Source of the DNA: a virus
Reading direction: 5' to 3' (one strand)
Length of the DNA: 64,000 nucleotides
IMG/VR virus record: IMGVR_UViG_3300032287_001394
In this document: positions 50,507 to 60,553 of the stretch, piece by piece
Position numbering within the stretch: position 1 is the stretch's first letter
How the letters are laid out: the number at the start of each line of letters is the position of its first letter
Notes under the pieces: model-generated
The model's input: the letters and a program-made list of their open reading frames with translations, nothing else
Told to the model about the DNA's origin: nothing
Databases searched by the model: none
Made by a program: the position numbers and the translations under genes

Positions 50507-52084
50507 ATGGAAATCTTTGGATTCGAGATAGCAAAGAAAAAAGTCAAACGTGCGCAGGGCACAGAAGTTGTAACCCCTGCGCCGGATGACGGCTCAACGG
50601 TAATATCTACACTTGGAGCTGCAGCTGCCTATTATGGCATGACTGTCGACCTTGAAGGTGTTATCAAGAATGAGAATGATTTAATCCGCCGATATAGAGA
50701 GATATCTCAGTACGGTGATTGTGACAATGCTGTAGAAGACATCGTTAACGAAGCTATCGTTGCTAATAATGATGAGCAGATCGTTGAAGTAGTATTAGAC
50801 GACGTTAAGTTGTCTGCTTCAGTTAAGAGGATGATAGCAGACGAGTTTGCCGAGATCCTTAAACTTTATAAGTTCAGCAACAGAGGTCATGATATATTTA
50901 GGTCATGGTATGTAGATGGTAGATTATACTATCACATTCTTATTGACAACGAGAACATTAAGAACGGTATTCAAGAACTAAGATATATCGATCCGCGTAA
51001 GATCAGACGTATCAAGAATATCAAAAAAGGTAAGAACGATAAAGGTATCGATGTCGTTATTGGTATAGAAGAGTTCTATATCTACAACGATAAAGGTATC
51101 AACGAGAATACAAGTCAGGGCGTTAAGTTATCGATTGATTCGGTGATCTATTGTCCTTCAGGCCTGATCGATCAGAACTCTAACACTATGTTAGGGTATC
51201 TACATAAAGCGATCAAACCTGTAAACCAATTGAAGATGATCGAAGATGCATTGGTAATCTACCGTGTATCGCGAGCACCTGAAAGAAGAATATTTTACAT
51301 TGACGTAGGTAACTTGCCTAAGCTTAAAGCTGAGCAATACGTTAATGATATCATGAATAAGTATAGAAATAAAGTTGTCTACGATGCAGCCACTGGCGAA
51401 ATCAGAGATGACCGTAAACACCTCTCTATGATGGAAGACTTTTGGATGCCTCGACGAGAAGGTGGAAAAGGTACTGAAATCACTACCTTGAACGGCGGTC
51501 AGAACCTCGGTCAAATCGAAGACATCAATTATTTCCAAAACAAGTTGTACCAATGCTTAAATGTACCTGTATCAAGAATGAAACCTGATCAAGGCTTCAG
51601 TATTGGCAGATCAAACGAGATAACAAGAGACGAAGTTAAGTTTAATAAGTTCATTGAACGTATTAGACGCAAGTTCTCTACATTATTCTCAGAAGCATTA
51701 AGAGTACAGTTAGTTGCTAAACAGATTATTAGGCCTGACGAGTGGGATCAAATCTGTCAAGACATTAGATTTGACTTCCAAGAAGATAACCACTTCGCAG
51801 AGTTAAAAGATTCAGAGATCATTAGTAACAGGATCAGTGTATTAAACCAGATGCAGCCATATATTGGCACATATTATAGTATAGAGTATGTTAAGAGACA
51901 CGTTCTCAAGCAATCTGAAGAGGATATTGAAATTATACAAAAACAAATGGATGCAGAGCAAGAGCAGATGCAAGCCATGATGACGATGCAGGGCGGGATG
52001 CAAGTCGATGATGGAATGGGCGCAGGTCCAAATCCACCAGGATTGCCACCACCAGCTACTAATAAAAATAAAGGAGAAGTATAA
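50507..52084 (+). CDS. gp20: Portal protein gp20
   Basis: WYVDGRLYYH, YLHKAIKPVNQLKMIEDALVIYRVSRAPERRIFYIDVGNLP, MMEDFWMPRREGGKGTEITTL. Confidence 0.97.
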   Translation: MEIFGFEIAKKKVKRAQGTEVVTPAPDDGSTVISTLGAAAAYYGMTVDLEGVIKNENDLIRRYREISQYGDCDNAVEDIVNEAIVANNDEQIVEVVLDDVKLSASVKRMIADEFAEILKLYKFSNRGHDIFRSWYVDGRLYYHILIDNENIKNGIQELRYIDPRKIRRIKNIKKGKNDKGIDVVIGIEEFYIYNDKGINENTSQGVKLSIDSVIYCPSGLIDQNSNTMLGYLHKAIKPVNQLKMIEDALVIYRVSRAPERRIFYIDVGNLPKLKAEQYVNDIMNKYRNKVVYDAATGEIRDDRKHLSMMEDFWMPRREGGKGTEITTLNGGQNLGQIEDINYFQNKLYQCLNVPVSRMKPDQGFSIGRSNEITRDEVKFNKFIERIRRKFSTLFSEALRVQLVAKQIIRPDEWDQICQDIRFDFQEDNHFAELKDSEIISNRISVLNQMQPYIGTYYSIEYVKRHVLKQSEEDIEIIQKQMDAEQEQMQAMMTMQGGMQVDDGMGAGPNPPGLPPPATNKNKGEV

Positions 52085-52320
52085 TGACCCAAGGCGTACA
52101 AGACTTAATTAAAGCAATCAATTCTGGTGATTCAACGGACATTGATTCAGCATTCAATGCTGAGATGGCAAATCGTATCTCTACAAGATTAGAAGATATG
52201 AGAGTGTCTGTAGCTCGAGGCATGTTTGCTACAGAACAATCTGTAGAAGAGCCTCAAGTTGAAGTACAAGATACTGCTGATACTCCAGTTGAAGAAACAA
52301 CAGAAACTGAAGCTGAATAA
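52084..52320 (+). CDS. Small acidic prohead core protein (gp67-like position)
   Basis: 78 aa, Glu-rich C-terminus, immediately after portal. Confidence 0.6.
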   Translation: MTQGVQDLIKAINSGDSTDIDSAFNAEMANRISTRLEDMRVSVARGMFATEQSVEEPQVEVQDTADTPVEETTETEAE

Positions 52321-52586
52321 TGTTTAATCCATTAAGCAAGATGAATGTATCGACCTTAGGTCTTGATGCAGATCTATTAGAAGCGGCTATGAAAGTTAAA
52401 AAGGAGTCTGCTTATAATCCATCTTGCGCTATGGACGATCTTAAAGCAGAACCAAGCGGATCAACACCTGATGCTATGAAGGTTAATATCGCTTACGAAG
52501 CAAAGAAAAAGATTAAAAAAGAAGGTGTGTTTGGTGACCAAGAACCTGGTGGACCTAAAACGTATCATAAGGATAACCCAGTATAA
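52320..52586 (+). CDS. Hypothetical protein in the head cluster
   Basis: 88-aa ORF coupled by TAATG junctions on both sides. Confidence 0.55.
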   Translation: MFNPLSKMNVSTLGLDADLLEAAMKVKKESAYNPSCAMDDLKAEPSGSTPDAMKVNIAYEAKKKIKKEGVFGDQEPGGPKTYHKDNPV

Positions 52587-53125
52587 TGTACTATGGAGGT
52601 TTTCTTAAGGCCTTAAATGGCACTACTGCTCGCGTCCATTCATATGGTCATATCATTGAGCAGACTTCCAACGGTAAGATCCTTATCGATGGTGAGAAGA
52701 CTTCTTTTACAGATTTAGAGGAAGCAAGACAATACGTTAAAGCAAAGCAATACAATAAAACGATAGAAGAACAAGTTAAGACAGAATTATACGAAGATAT
52801 CCCAGATAATAAGATAGCGAATATAATTAAAGAGCATCACGATATTAAAGTTACAGATACATTAATAGAGTCATACATAGAACTTGCTTCCTCTAAACTT
52901 TTTACTGTAGACCCTGTTGTGTTAGATATTAGAAACCTTAATAAGTTAGATAAACTTATTGAAGGCAAGATTGATTATAAGTTAGCTGATGGTACTATCA
53001 TCGCTATCAATGAGTCGACTCAAGACAAGTTGGCAGAACTATTTAAAGACGAACAAGAAATCATTGAGCACATGAGAGAAAGTAAAGAAAACTTTATCGA
53101 TGTGCTTAAACAAATCGGAGAATAA
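52586..53125 (+). CDS. Hypothetical head-cluster protein
   Basis: 179-aa coupled ORF; no confident family. Confidence 0.6.
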   Translation: MYYGGFLKALNGTTARVHSYGHIIEQTSNGKILIDGEKTSFTDLEEARQYVKAKQYNKTIEEQVKTELYEDIPDNKIANIIKEHHDIKVTDTLIESYIELASSKLFTVDPVVLDIRNLNKLDKLIEGKIDYKLADGTIIAINESTQDKLAELFKDEQEIIEHMRESKENFIDVLKQIGE

Positions 53126-53127
53126 AC

Positions 53128-53601
53128 ATGGCTGTAATTGCATCAATAATTAAGAATTCATCAAAAGAAGTAGTTGTCAAAGTTGCTGGCGATGGCGCCG
53201 CTACAATTACTCTTGGTTCATTAGCTTCAGCTGATCAAGTAGCAGGCGCTACTGGATCCCATAATGTTACTATAGCTGCCGTTTCTTCATCTGGTGATTT
53301 AGGTTCAAATTTAAGAATTACTAGAGGAGCGACAGGTGCTACAGGACATTATACATTTGCTGCAGCTCCAGAAACTGCTCCAACTATTCAGTTTAATCAA
53401 TTAGGTTTTACTGATAATTTACAAAATACTCAAAACATTGTAGTAACTCATGGCGCTACTGGTGTTGCAGTTACATACTTAGTACTTCATAAACAAGCTG
53501 GTTATGCTGCTAAAGTTGAGTACGAACAATATGGTGCTTACGATGATGAATCTGCAGTTGGTGCGTTAGATATCGTTGGTAGCCCAGGTTATACACCTTA
53601 A
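53128..53601 (+). CDS. Hypothetical virion protein with several GATG motifs
   Basis: 157 aa, GGAG RBS, directly before gp21; GATG occurs at VAGATGS, RGATGATGH and HGATGV. Confidence 0.6.
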   Translation: MAVIASIIKNSSKEVVVKVAGDGAATITLGSLASADQVAGATGSHNVTIAAVSSSGDLGSNLRITRGATGATGHYTFAAAPETAPTIQFNQLGFTDNLQNTQNIVVTHGATGVAVTYLVLHKQAGYAAKVEYEQYGAYDDESAVGALDIVGSPGYTP

Positions 53602-53610
53602 GGATAACAA

Positions 53611-54261
53611 ATGAAACTAATTAAAGAACACACCGAGTCAGTAAAATACTTAGTTGAAGAGAAACTAGGTAAAGGTAAAGAATACTTCATTGAAGGCGTA
53701 TTCCTTCAATCGAACTTAAAGAATCGTAACGGCCGCATCTATCCAGTAGAGATACTCGATAATGAGGTAAAACGATATAACGATGAATATGTCAACAAGA
53801 ATCGTGCCTTTGGCGAATTAGGTCATCCTGATTCACCTACGATTAACCTTGACAGAGTATCTCATATGATCAAATCTCTACGTCGTGAAGGTGATAACTT
53901 CATTGGTAAAGCTAAGATCATGGATACTCCGTATGGCAAAATCGTTAAGTCGCTCATAGACGAAGGAGCTACACTTGGTGTATCTTCAAGAGGTATGGGT
54001 TCACTTGATAAAAAAGGTGATGTTTCATTTGTTGGTAAGGATTTTACTTTAGCGACAGCAGCAGATATCGTTGCTGACCCATCCGCCCCTAATGCTTTCG
54101 TAGAGGGTGTAATGGAGTCTAAAGAATGGGTTATGGTCGATGGAAAATTTGTGGAGAAAGACTTACGAGAAATGCAGGCGAATATCCGCCGTGCGTCTAG
54201 TAAAAATTTACAAGAGGCAAAGATTAGAGCATTCCAATCATTCCTTGCGAAAATAAAATAA
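53611..54261 (+). CDS. gp21: Prohead protease gp21
   Basis: IEGVFLQ...NRNGRIYP, GELGHP, LGVSSRGMGSL, DIVADPSAPNAFV. Confidence 0.95.
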   Translation: MKLIKEHTESVKYLVEEKLGKGKEYFIEGVFLQSNLKNRNGRIYPVEILDNEVKRYNDEYVNKNRAFGELGHPDSPTINLDRVSHMIKSLRREGDNFIGKAKIMDTPYGKIVKSLIDEGATLGVSSRGMGSLDKKGDVSFVGKDFTLATAADIVADPSAPNAFVEGVMESKEWVMVDGKFVEKDLREMQANIRRASSKNLQEAKIRAFQSFLAKIK

Positions 54262-54262
54262 C

Positions 54263-54270
54263 TATAAATA
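54263..54270 (+). promoter_or_regulatory. T4-type late promoter TATAAATA
   Basis: Exact motif before gp22. Confidence 0.8.
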
Positions 54271-54311
54271 ATAGTATATCGATAAAACGATACACAAATT
54301 AGGAGAAAGAA

Positions 54312-55340
54312 ATGTCAATCGAACAAAAAATTGCACAAATCTTAGCTGAATCAAAAACAGCTGATGATCAAGTGGAAGAAATTGTTGAAGAAAATACTGC
54401 AGCAGGCGACCAAGCAGTTATTCGTACAGCTACAAACTCTATTCCAGCTACAGCTGAAGTAGATAACGAAGCTAACGCTAAAAACAATGTAGAAGATGAA
54501 AAAGAAGCTGAAGTTGCTTCTAAGAAACCTAACGTTGCAACAGCAAAAGCTGCAGCAGGTGATCAAGCTATTATTCGTCAAGGTGACGCAATTCCAGCTA
54601 CAGCCGCAGGCGCAGCAGTTAATTTTAAAGAAGACGTTGAAGCTTTAATTAACGGAGAAGACCTCACAGAGGAATTCAAAGCTAAAGCAGCAACAATCTT
54701 CGAAGCAGCAATTATTACTCGTGTTAAACAAGAAGTAACACGTTTAGAAGAAGAATTCGAAGCGCGTCTTGAAGAAGAGGCAGCAAAGAATCAAGAGGGT
54801 CTTGTTGAAAAAGTTGATGGATACCTCAACTACATAGTTGAGCAGTGGTTTACACAAAATGAAATTGCCCTTGAAAGTGGTATGAAGTCTGAAATTCTTG
54901 AAGGTTTTGTTTCAGGTCTTAAAGGCTTATTCGAAGAGCATTATATCGACGTTCCAGAAGAGAAATTCGATGTATTAGGTGCTTTAGAAGAACAAAACTC
55001 AGAACTTCAAGCAAAGTTGGATGAACAAGTTGCAGCTAACGTTGAGCTTAACAAAGCTTTAAACGAATCAACTCGCGGCGAAATCGTTGACAGTGCTTTA
55101 GATGGTTTAACAGAAACTGATAAAGAAAAATTCCTTGGCTTAGCTGAAGAATTAGCTTTTGAAGATGCTGAATCATTTGCAAAGAAAGTTCAGACAATTC
55201 GTGAAAATTATTTCACAAACAAGGCATCAACAATCGTTGAGTCTGTAGTAACAGATACTCCAGTTGAAATGATCGCAGAAGAAAAAGCTGTTGATCCTTC
55301 AATTAAGAGATATATGTCTGCACTCAATAACATTAAATAA
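54312..55340 (+). CDS. gp22: Prohead core scaffold gp22
   Basis: LTEEFKAKAATIFEAA, VDGYLNYIVEQW, GLKGLFEEHYIDVPEEK, TIRENYF. Confidence 0.92.
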   Translation: MSIEQKIAQILAESKTADDQVEEIVEENTAAGDQAVIRTATNSIPATAEVDNEANAKNNVEDEKEAEVASKKPNVATAKAAAGDQAIIRQGDAIPATAAGAAVNFKEDVEALINGEDLTEEFKAKAATIFEAAIITRVKQEVTRLEEEFEARLEEEAAKNQEGLVEKVDGYLNYIVEQWFTQNEIALESGMKSEILEGFVSGLKGLFEEHYIDVPEEKFDVLGALEEQNSELQAKLDEQVAANVELNKALNESTRGEIVDSALDGLTETDKEKFLGLAEELAFEDAESFAKKVQTIRENYFTNKASTIVESVVTDTPVEMIAEEKAVDPSIKRYMSALNNIK

Positions 55341-55350
55341 GGAAAACAAA

Positions 55351-56667
55351 ATGACAATTCGTCAAGACTTAGTAAAAAAATGGAGCCCGATCTTAGAACA
55401 CGGTTCACTCCCAGAAATCAAAGATAACTACCGTAAGGAAGTTACTGCGATTCTTTTAGAAAATCAAGAACGTGAAATGCGCAAAGGCGCTGAAGCTCTT
55501 TTCGAAGCAGCTCCAGCTAACTCTGGTGGCATTGGTATTGGTTTAGGTGGTGCTGGTGATCCAACAGGTACAGTAGCTGGTTTCGATCCAGTTCTTATCG
55601 CGTTAGTTCGCCGTGCAATGCCACAAATGATCGCTTACGATATCGCTGGCGTTCAACCAATGACACAACCAACAGGTTTAATCTTCGCTATGAAGAGCAA
55701 ATATACAACACAAGATGGTACAGAAGCGTTATTTAACGAAGCTGATACTGAGTTTGCTGGCGCTACTGGTGCTAACCAAACTGGTACAACTCCGTTTAAC
55801 ATGAACGTTATTGGTGGTATGTCAACAGCAGTTGGTGAAGCATTAGGAGATACACCTGCTAACTTTGCTTCAATGGCTTTCTCAATCGAGAAAACATCTG
55901 TAACAGCGAAAACACGTGCTCTTAAAGCTGAATATTCAGTTGAATTAGCACAAGACTTGAAATCAGTTCATGGTTTAGATGCAGAAGGCGAATTAAGCAA
56001 CATCCTTTCTACAGAAATCTTAGCTGAAATCAACCGTGAAGTTATCCGTACAGTTTACTACGGTGCTAAAGTTGGTGCTCAATTCGGTACAGCTACTGCT
56101 GGTACATTCGACTTAGACGTTGACTCTAACGGTCGTTGGTCTGTTGAAAAATTCAAAGGCTTATTGTTCCAAATCGAACGTGAAGCTAATGCGATTGCTC
56201 AACAAACTCGTAGAGGTCGTGGTAATTTCATCATCTGTTCATCAGACACTGCTTCTGCATTGGCTATGGCGGGTGTATTAGATTACGCTCCAGCTCTTTC
56301 AACATCATTAAATGTTGACGAAGCATCTACAACTTTTGCTGGCGTTTTAAATGGTAAATACAAAGTTTATGTTGATCCATATGCAGGCGGTAACAATCCT
56401 AATGCTTCTGGTGCACAATTCTTTGTAGTTGGTTACAAAGGTACATCAGCATTTGATGCTGGTTTATTCTATTGCCCATACGTTCCTCTCCAATTGGTTA
56501 GAGCTGTTGATCCTAACACATTCCAACCAAAAATTGGCTTCAAGACCCGTTATGGTATCGTAGCTAACCCATTTGTTAACTTAGATGACAGCAATTCAGA
56601 TAACAACGTTATCGTACAAAACAAAAACTACTACTACAGAAAAGTAGCCGTAACCAATTTGATGTAA
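55351..56667 (+). CDS. gp23: Major capsid protein gp23
   Basis: KWSPIL, AILLENQ, LVRRAMP..IAYDIAGVQPMTQPTGLIFAM, RALKAEYSVELAQDLK, FQPKIGFKTRYG; ATG 55351 after AAGGA (track start 55291). Confidence 0.97.
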   Translation: MTIRQDLVKKWSPILEHGSLPEIKDNYRKEVTAILLENQEREMRKGAEALFEAAPANSGGIGIGLGGAGDPTGTVAGFDPVLIALVRRAMPQMIAYDIAGVQPMTQPTGLIFAMKSKYTTQDGTEALFNEADTEFAGATGANQTGTTPFNMNVIGGMSTAVGEALGDTPANFASMAFSIEKTSVTAKTRALKAEYSVELAQDLKSVHGLDAEGELSNILSTEILAEINREVIRTVYYGAKVGAQFGTATAGTFDLDVDSNGRWSVEKFKGLLFQIEREANAIAQQTRRGRGNFIICSSDTASALAMAGVLDYAPALSTSLNVDEASTTFAGVLNGKYKVYVDPYAGGNNPNASGAQFFVVGYKGTSAFDAGLFYCPYVPLQLVRAVDPNTFQPKIGFKTRYGIVANPFVNLDDSNSDNNVIVQNKNYYYRKVAVTNLM

Positions 56668-56705
56668 TAATAGCCGTAAGGCAACTATATCAAATAGTTA
56701 TTGAG

Positions 56706-56734
56706 AAGGGACCTGAAAGGGTCCCTTTTCTTTT
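56706..56734 (+). terminator. Rho-independent terminator after gp23
   Basis: AAGGGACCT-GAAA-GGGTCCCTT stem with GAAA tetraloop, then TTCTTTT. Confidence 0.9.
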
Positions 56735-56735
56735 G

Positions 56736-56743
56736 TATAAATA
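56736..56743 (+). promoter_or_regulatory. T4-type late promoter TATAAATA
   Basis: Exact motif right after the terminator, before gp3. Confidence 0.8.
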
Positions 56744-56767
56744 GAATATAACATTAAGGAATTAAAT

Positions 56768-57346
56768 ATGGCTAACGCAAACTGCCCTATACCAAGTAAT
56801 ATTAACCCTTTATCACCCACCGGATTTAAGCTTTCTATCTCTAAGTTACCAGATCTAGTATATTTCTGTCAAGAAGCAAACTTACCAGAGATAGAGTTAC
56901 CATCTATACAGATGCCCACTCCATTCTCAACTGTTGGTGTACCAGGAGATATGCTTCATTATGGAGACTTAGTTGTACAGTTCTTGGTTGATGAGAACCT
57001 TGCAAACTATAAAGGCATATATGAGTGGTTAATTGGCTTAGGTTTCCCGGAAAATCATTTACAATATCAATCTTTAGCTAATAGTGAACCTTTAACTGGA
57101 AATAATAGATTTGGTGGTATGATTGGTAATTATTCAGATGGTACATTAGAAATATTAGGTAGCCAAAATACAGCAACGCAAAGTATCTTATTTAGAGATA
57201 TTCATCCTGTGGCATTGTCATCATTACCTTTTACAGCTACTGTTACTGATGTAAACTATTTGATTGGCACATGTACATTTAGGTATAATTACTACGACTT
57301 TGTAGACTTTAATTCTACTTCAAGCGCGGTGGGAGCAGCAAACTAA
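56768..57346 (+). CDS. gp3: Tail completion / tube terminator gp3-like
   Basis: NPLSPTGFKL...YFCQEANLP...PGD...YGDL.VQFLVDENLANY..IYEWL; position between gp23 and uvsY. Confidence 0.85.
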   Translation: MANANCPIPSNINPLSPTGFKLSISKLPDLVYFCQEANLPEIELPSIQMPTPFSTVGVPGDMLHYGDLVVQFLVDENLANYKGIYEWLIGLGFPENHLQYQSLANSEPLTGNNRFGGMIGNYSDGTLEILGSQNTATQSILFRDIHPVALSSLPFTATVTDVNYLIGTCTFRYNYYDFVDFNSTSSAVGAAN

Positions 57347-57350
57347 AGCA

Positions 57351-57379
57351 TGTACTTTAATTAATTATTGTGTTATAAT
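57351..57379 (+). promoter_or_regulatory. Sigma70-like phage promoter TGTACT-N17-TATAAT
   Basis: Exact spacing; upstream of uvsY. Confidence 0.7.
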
Positions 57380-57405
57380 GTAATTTTAAATGGTGTGGGT
57401 ATATT

Positions 57406-57843
57406 ATGAATATTGAAGAGATTCAACAAATGTGGGAGCAAGACAGTATCATCGATGATAATCATTTAGGTGAAGCATCGACTGAAACTGCCAAGGTCCA
57501 CTCTAAGTATATCAAACTTATGGTAGGAGTCAAGCTCAAGCTTACAAAAGCTAGAGGCGACTATAATATCTTACGCAAGAATAAGTTTAGGTATTATCGT
57601 GGAGAACTATCAAGAGAAGAGTTAGCTGAATTAGGTTGGCAACAATATCAACTTATCAAGCCGCTTAAGAATGAGATGGACGAGTTCCTTCAAGGTGATC
57701 AAGATTTAATAACTCTAAATACTAGGATCGAATACCTTGAAACTATGGGTTATCTGCTCGAAGGTATCTTAGGTCAAATCAAAGCTAGAGATTGGCAACT
57801 TAAAAACGGTATTGAATGGAAGAAGTTCCTAGCTGGAATGTAA
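57406..57843 (+). CDS. uvsY: Recombination mediator UvsY
   Basis: W..DS.ID...L...S......HSKY, YYRGE, R.WQLKNGIEWKKFLAG. Confidence 0.9.
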   Translation: MNIEEIQQMWEQDSIIDDNHLGEASTETAKVHSKYIKLMVGVKLKLTKARGDYNILRKNKFRYYRGELSREELAELGWQQYQLIKPLKNEMDEFLQGDQDLITLNTRIEYLETMGYLLEGILGQIKARDWQLKNGIEWKKFLAGM

Positions 57844-59336
57844 TGAAGTTAACCATTGAAAAACTTAATGAAGTAAACATTCGTGTTTACGGAGATGCTG
57901 GTTGCGAACAAGAACTTGAGAACTTCTTTACGTATGAGGTACCTGGTGCACGATTCACTCCTAAGTTTAAAGCTAGATTATGGGATGGCAAAGTTCGTCT
58001 ATATTCATTAATTAAGAAGACTCTATACGCAGGACTATATCAATATGTCCTTGAATTTGCGCAAAGAAACAACTATGAACTAACGTTTAATCCAACCGAC
58101 GATTATCCAAAGCCGTTAGATCTACAAAATTATACTACAGAACAAGTATCAAAATACATATACGACCTAGATCTATACGGTAGAGGTGAACCAATCGAAC
58201 CTCGCGATTATCAGATCGAAGCAGTTAAGACCGCACTCAATTTAAACAGAACTGTATTACTATCGCCTACTGCATCAGGTAAATCATTCATGATATATTG
58301 TTTGATGAGATGGCATCTTGAAGAAGACCGTAAGACTATCATCGTCGTACCTACTACATCATTAGTCGAGCAGATGTATTCAGACTTCGAAGACTACTCA
58401 TCACATAATGGTTGGTCGGTTGGTGATAATTGCCAAAAACTATATTCAGGATTTACAAGAGAGTTTACTAAGAACGTATTAATAACTACATGGCAATCGA
58501 TCTATACTCAGCCTAAACAATGGTTTGAAAACTTCGATGTCATAGTAGGAGACGAAGCCCACCAATTTAAAGCTACATCATTGATTACTATCATGGAACG
58601 TATGCAACATGTTAGGTATCGTATAGGTACGACAGGCACCATAGATAATAAAAAGATCAATCAACTTACTCTAGAAGGATTATTTGGGCCTGTCCATAGA
58701 GTAACGACCACACGAGAGTTGATGGATGATGGTAAGGTAGTAAACATCGATATTAATTGTGTATTGCTAAAGTATAAGGATGAGATCCGTAAAGCATGTA
58801 AAGAGCAAACTTATCAAGAAGAGATGGAGTTTCTTGTATTAAACGAAGCGCGAAACAAATTCATACGGAACCTTGCGTTATCATGTAAAGGTAATACATT
58901 AGTTTTATTCCAATTCGTAGAGAAACATGGTATACCGCTCTATGAAGATATTAAAACTAAAGCCCCAGACAAGAACGTATATATCGTGCACGGCGGAGTA
59001 GAAACATTAGATCGTGAAGACATACGTAAAAATACTGAACTAGATACGAATACAATCATAGTTGCCTCATATGCTACGTTCTCAACGGGTATAAATATAC
59101 CTAGTATAGAGAATATTGTATTTGCTTCTCCTACTAAGTCTAAGATCAGAAACCTTCAATCTATTGGTCGTGGTCTAAGACTTAAAGATGGTAAGACTCA
59201 TCTTAACCTATATGATATCGCAGATGATATACAATATAAATCGAGAAAGAACCATACACTGAATCATTTTGTTGAAAGAATTAAGATATACTCGGAAGAA
59301 AAGTTTGACTATAAAGTCCACGAGGTACAACTATGA
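57843..59336 (+). CDS. uvsW: DNA helicase UvsW
   Basis: WDGKVRLY, PRDYQ, SPTASGKS, DEAHQF, GTTGT, FSTGINIP, LQSIGRGLR; ATG 57843 overlaps the uvsY stop. Confidence 0.95.
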   Translation: MKLTIEKLNEVNIRVYGDAGCEQELENFFTYEVPGARFTPKFKARLWDGKVRLYSLIKKTLYAGLYQYVLEFAQRNNYELTFNPTDDYPKPLDLQNYTTEQVSKYIYDLDLYGRGEPIEPRDYQIEAVKTALNLNRTVLLSPTASGKSFMIYCLMRWHLEEDRKTIIVVPTTSLVEQMYSDFEDYSSHNGWSVGDNCQKLYSGFTREFTKNVLITTWQSIYTQPKQWFENFDVIVGDEAHQFKATSLITIMERMQHVRYRIGTTGTIDNKKINQLTLEGLFGPVHRVTTTRELMDDGKVVNIDINCVLLKYKDEIRKACKEQTYQEEMEFLVLNEARNKFIRNLALSCKGNTLVLFQFVEKHGIPLYEDIKTKAPDKNVYIVHGGVETLDREDIRKNTELDTNTIIVASYATFSTGINIPSIENIVFASPTKSKIRNLQSIGRGLRLKDGKTHLNLYDIADDIQYKSRKNHTLNHFVERIKIYSEEKFDYKVHEVQL

Positions 59337-59779
59337 CAGCTGACTTAGATCGTTACGTAGTAATAAAGTTAATCTCTGGCGAAGAGCTAATAGGAACTCT
59401 TGTCAAAGAAGACGACTACGATATTAAGATACAATTTCCTATGATGGTAAAAAAAGTAAATCGATTATTGGGTGATATGCCTGTAGAATCTATCGTCTTA
59501 GGTACATACAGCCATTTTTGTGCTGATGATGAGTTTACTTTTAACAAACAACATATCATAGTATTAAAAGAAATGGATCCTCGTTACATAGAAGAGTATC
59601 ATAGATCTGTAGATGATTTCATTGGAGCTAGTGCCCCAGACCCACAACCTTATAACCCGAACGAAGTACAACAACTGACGGACAAACTTAAGAACTTATT
59701 TAGAGATCAATTGAATGAAGACGAAGAGTATCCTGAAACATTCTCTTTAAACATCAATGGTAATAAAACATTACATTAA
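59333..59779 (+). CDS. Conserved hypothetical protein following uvsW
   Basis: VIKLISGEELIG N-terminus, C-terminal KTLH; position typical of T4-like phages. Confidence 0.65.
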   Translation: MTADLDRYVVIKLISGEELIGTLVKEDDYDIKIQFPMMVKKVNRLLGDMPVESIVLGTYSHFCADDEFTFNKQHIIVLKEMDPRYIEEYHRSVDDFIGASAPDPQPYNPNEVQQLTDKLKNLFRDQLNEDEEYPETFSLNINGNKTLH

Positions 59780-59803
59780 CCACTTGAAGAACCCCATACA
59801 GTC

Positions 59804-59832
59804 ATATTAACACGGAGTACAATTAAAGTACA
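59804..59832 (-). promoter_or_regulatory. Reverse-strand copy of the phage promoter (TGTACT-N17-TAATAT)
   Basis: Reverse complement reads AAAATAAT-TGTACT-ttaattgtactccgtgt-TAATAT. Confidence 0.5.
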
Positions 59833-59841
59833 ATTATTTTT

Positions 59842-60171
59842 ATGGATCAAATTACAATAGAAGAATCAGCATCAGATAAGATTAAATTACTACTAGCAGA
59901 AGAGAATACTCCCGAACTTAAGTTAAGGATATTTGTTTCAGGCGGTGGGTGTTCAGGCTTTCAGTACGGATTTACTTTTGACGAAAATCAAAATGAAGAT
60001 GACTTTGTTATAGAGCAAAATGGAATTAGTTTATTAGTTGATGCAATGAGCATGCAGTATTTAACAGGAGCAGTTATTGGATATAAAACATCTTTAATGG
60101 GAGAACAATTTGAGATAAAGAATCCAAACGCGCAAACAACATGCGGATGTGGTTCATCATTCTCAGCGTAA
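59842..60171 (+). CDS. erpA: A-type Fe-S carrier ErpA
   Basis: [51 protein letters not shown]. Confidence 0.9.
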   Translation: MDQITIEESASDKIKLLLAEENTPELKLRIFVSGGGCSGFQYGFTFDENQNEDDFVIEQNGISLLVDAMSMQYLTGAVIGYKTSLMGEQFEIKNPNAQTTCGCGSSFSA

Positions 60172-60172
60172 T

Positions 60173-60550
60173 ATGGCATATTCAGAAAAAGTATTAGATC
60201 ACTACGAAAACCCAAGAAATGTGGGATCTTTAAATAAAGAATCATTAAACGTAGGTACTGGCATGGTAGGAGCACCCGCCTGCGGAGACGTGATGAAGTT
60301 GCAGATAGAAGTAGAAGGAGACATCATAATAGATGCTAAATTTAAGACGTATGGCTGTGGTTCTGCTATTGCTAGTTCTAGTCTTGTCACCGAGTGGCTC
60401 AAGGGCAAAACGCTGGATGAGGCACAAACAATCAAGAACTCCGATATCGCAGAAGAGTTAGCATTACCTCCAGTTAAAATCCACTGCTCAGTCCTTGCAG
60501 AAGATGCAATCAAGGCGGCAATTGCAGATTTAAGAAGCAAGCGTACATAA
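60173..60550 (+). CDS. iscU: Fe-S scaffold IscU
   Basis: MAYSEKVLDHYENPRNVGS, GAPACGDVMKLQI, FKTYGCGSAIASSS, LPPVKIHCSVLAEDAIKAA. Confidence 0.97.
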   Translation: MAYSEKVLDHYENPRNVGSLNKESLNVGTGMVGAPACGDVMKLQIEVEGDIIIDAKFKTYGCGSAIASSSLVTEWLKGKTLDEAQTIKNSDIAEELALPPVKIHCSVLAEDAIKAAIADLRSKRT

Positions 60551-60553
60551 GCT

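Noticed and set aside
46445-56667. Introns, inteins or homing endonucleases in gp17/gp18/gp20/gp23
   Set aside because: All are continuous ORFs of normal length with no intein or endonuclease motifs.
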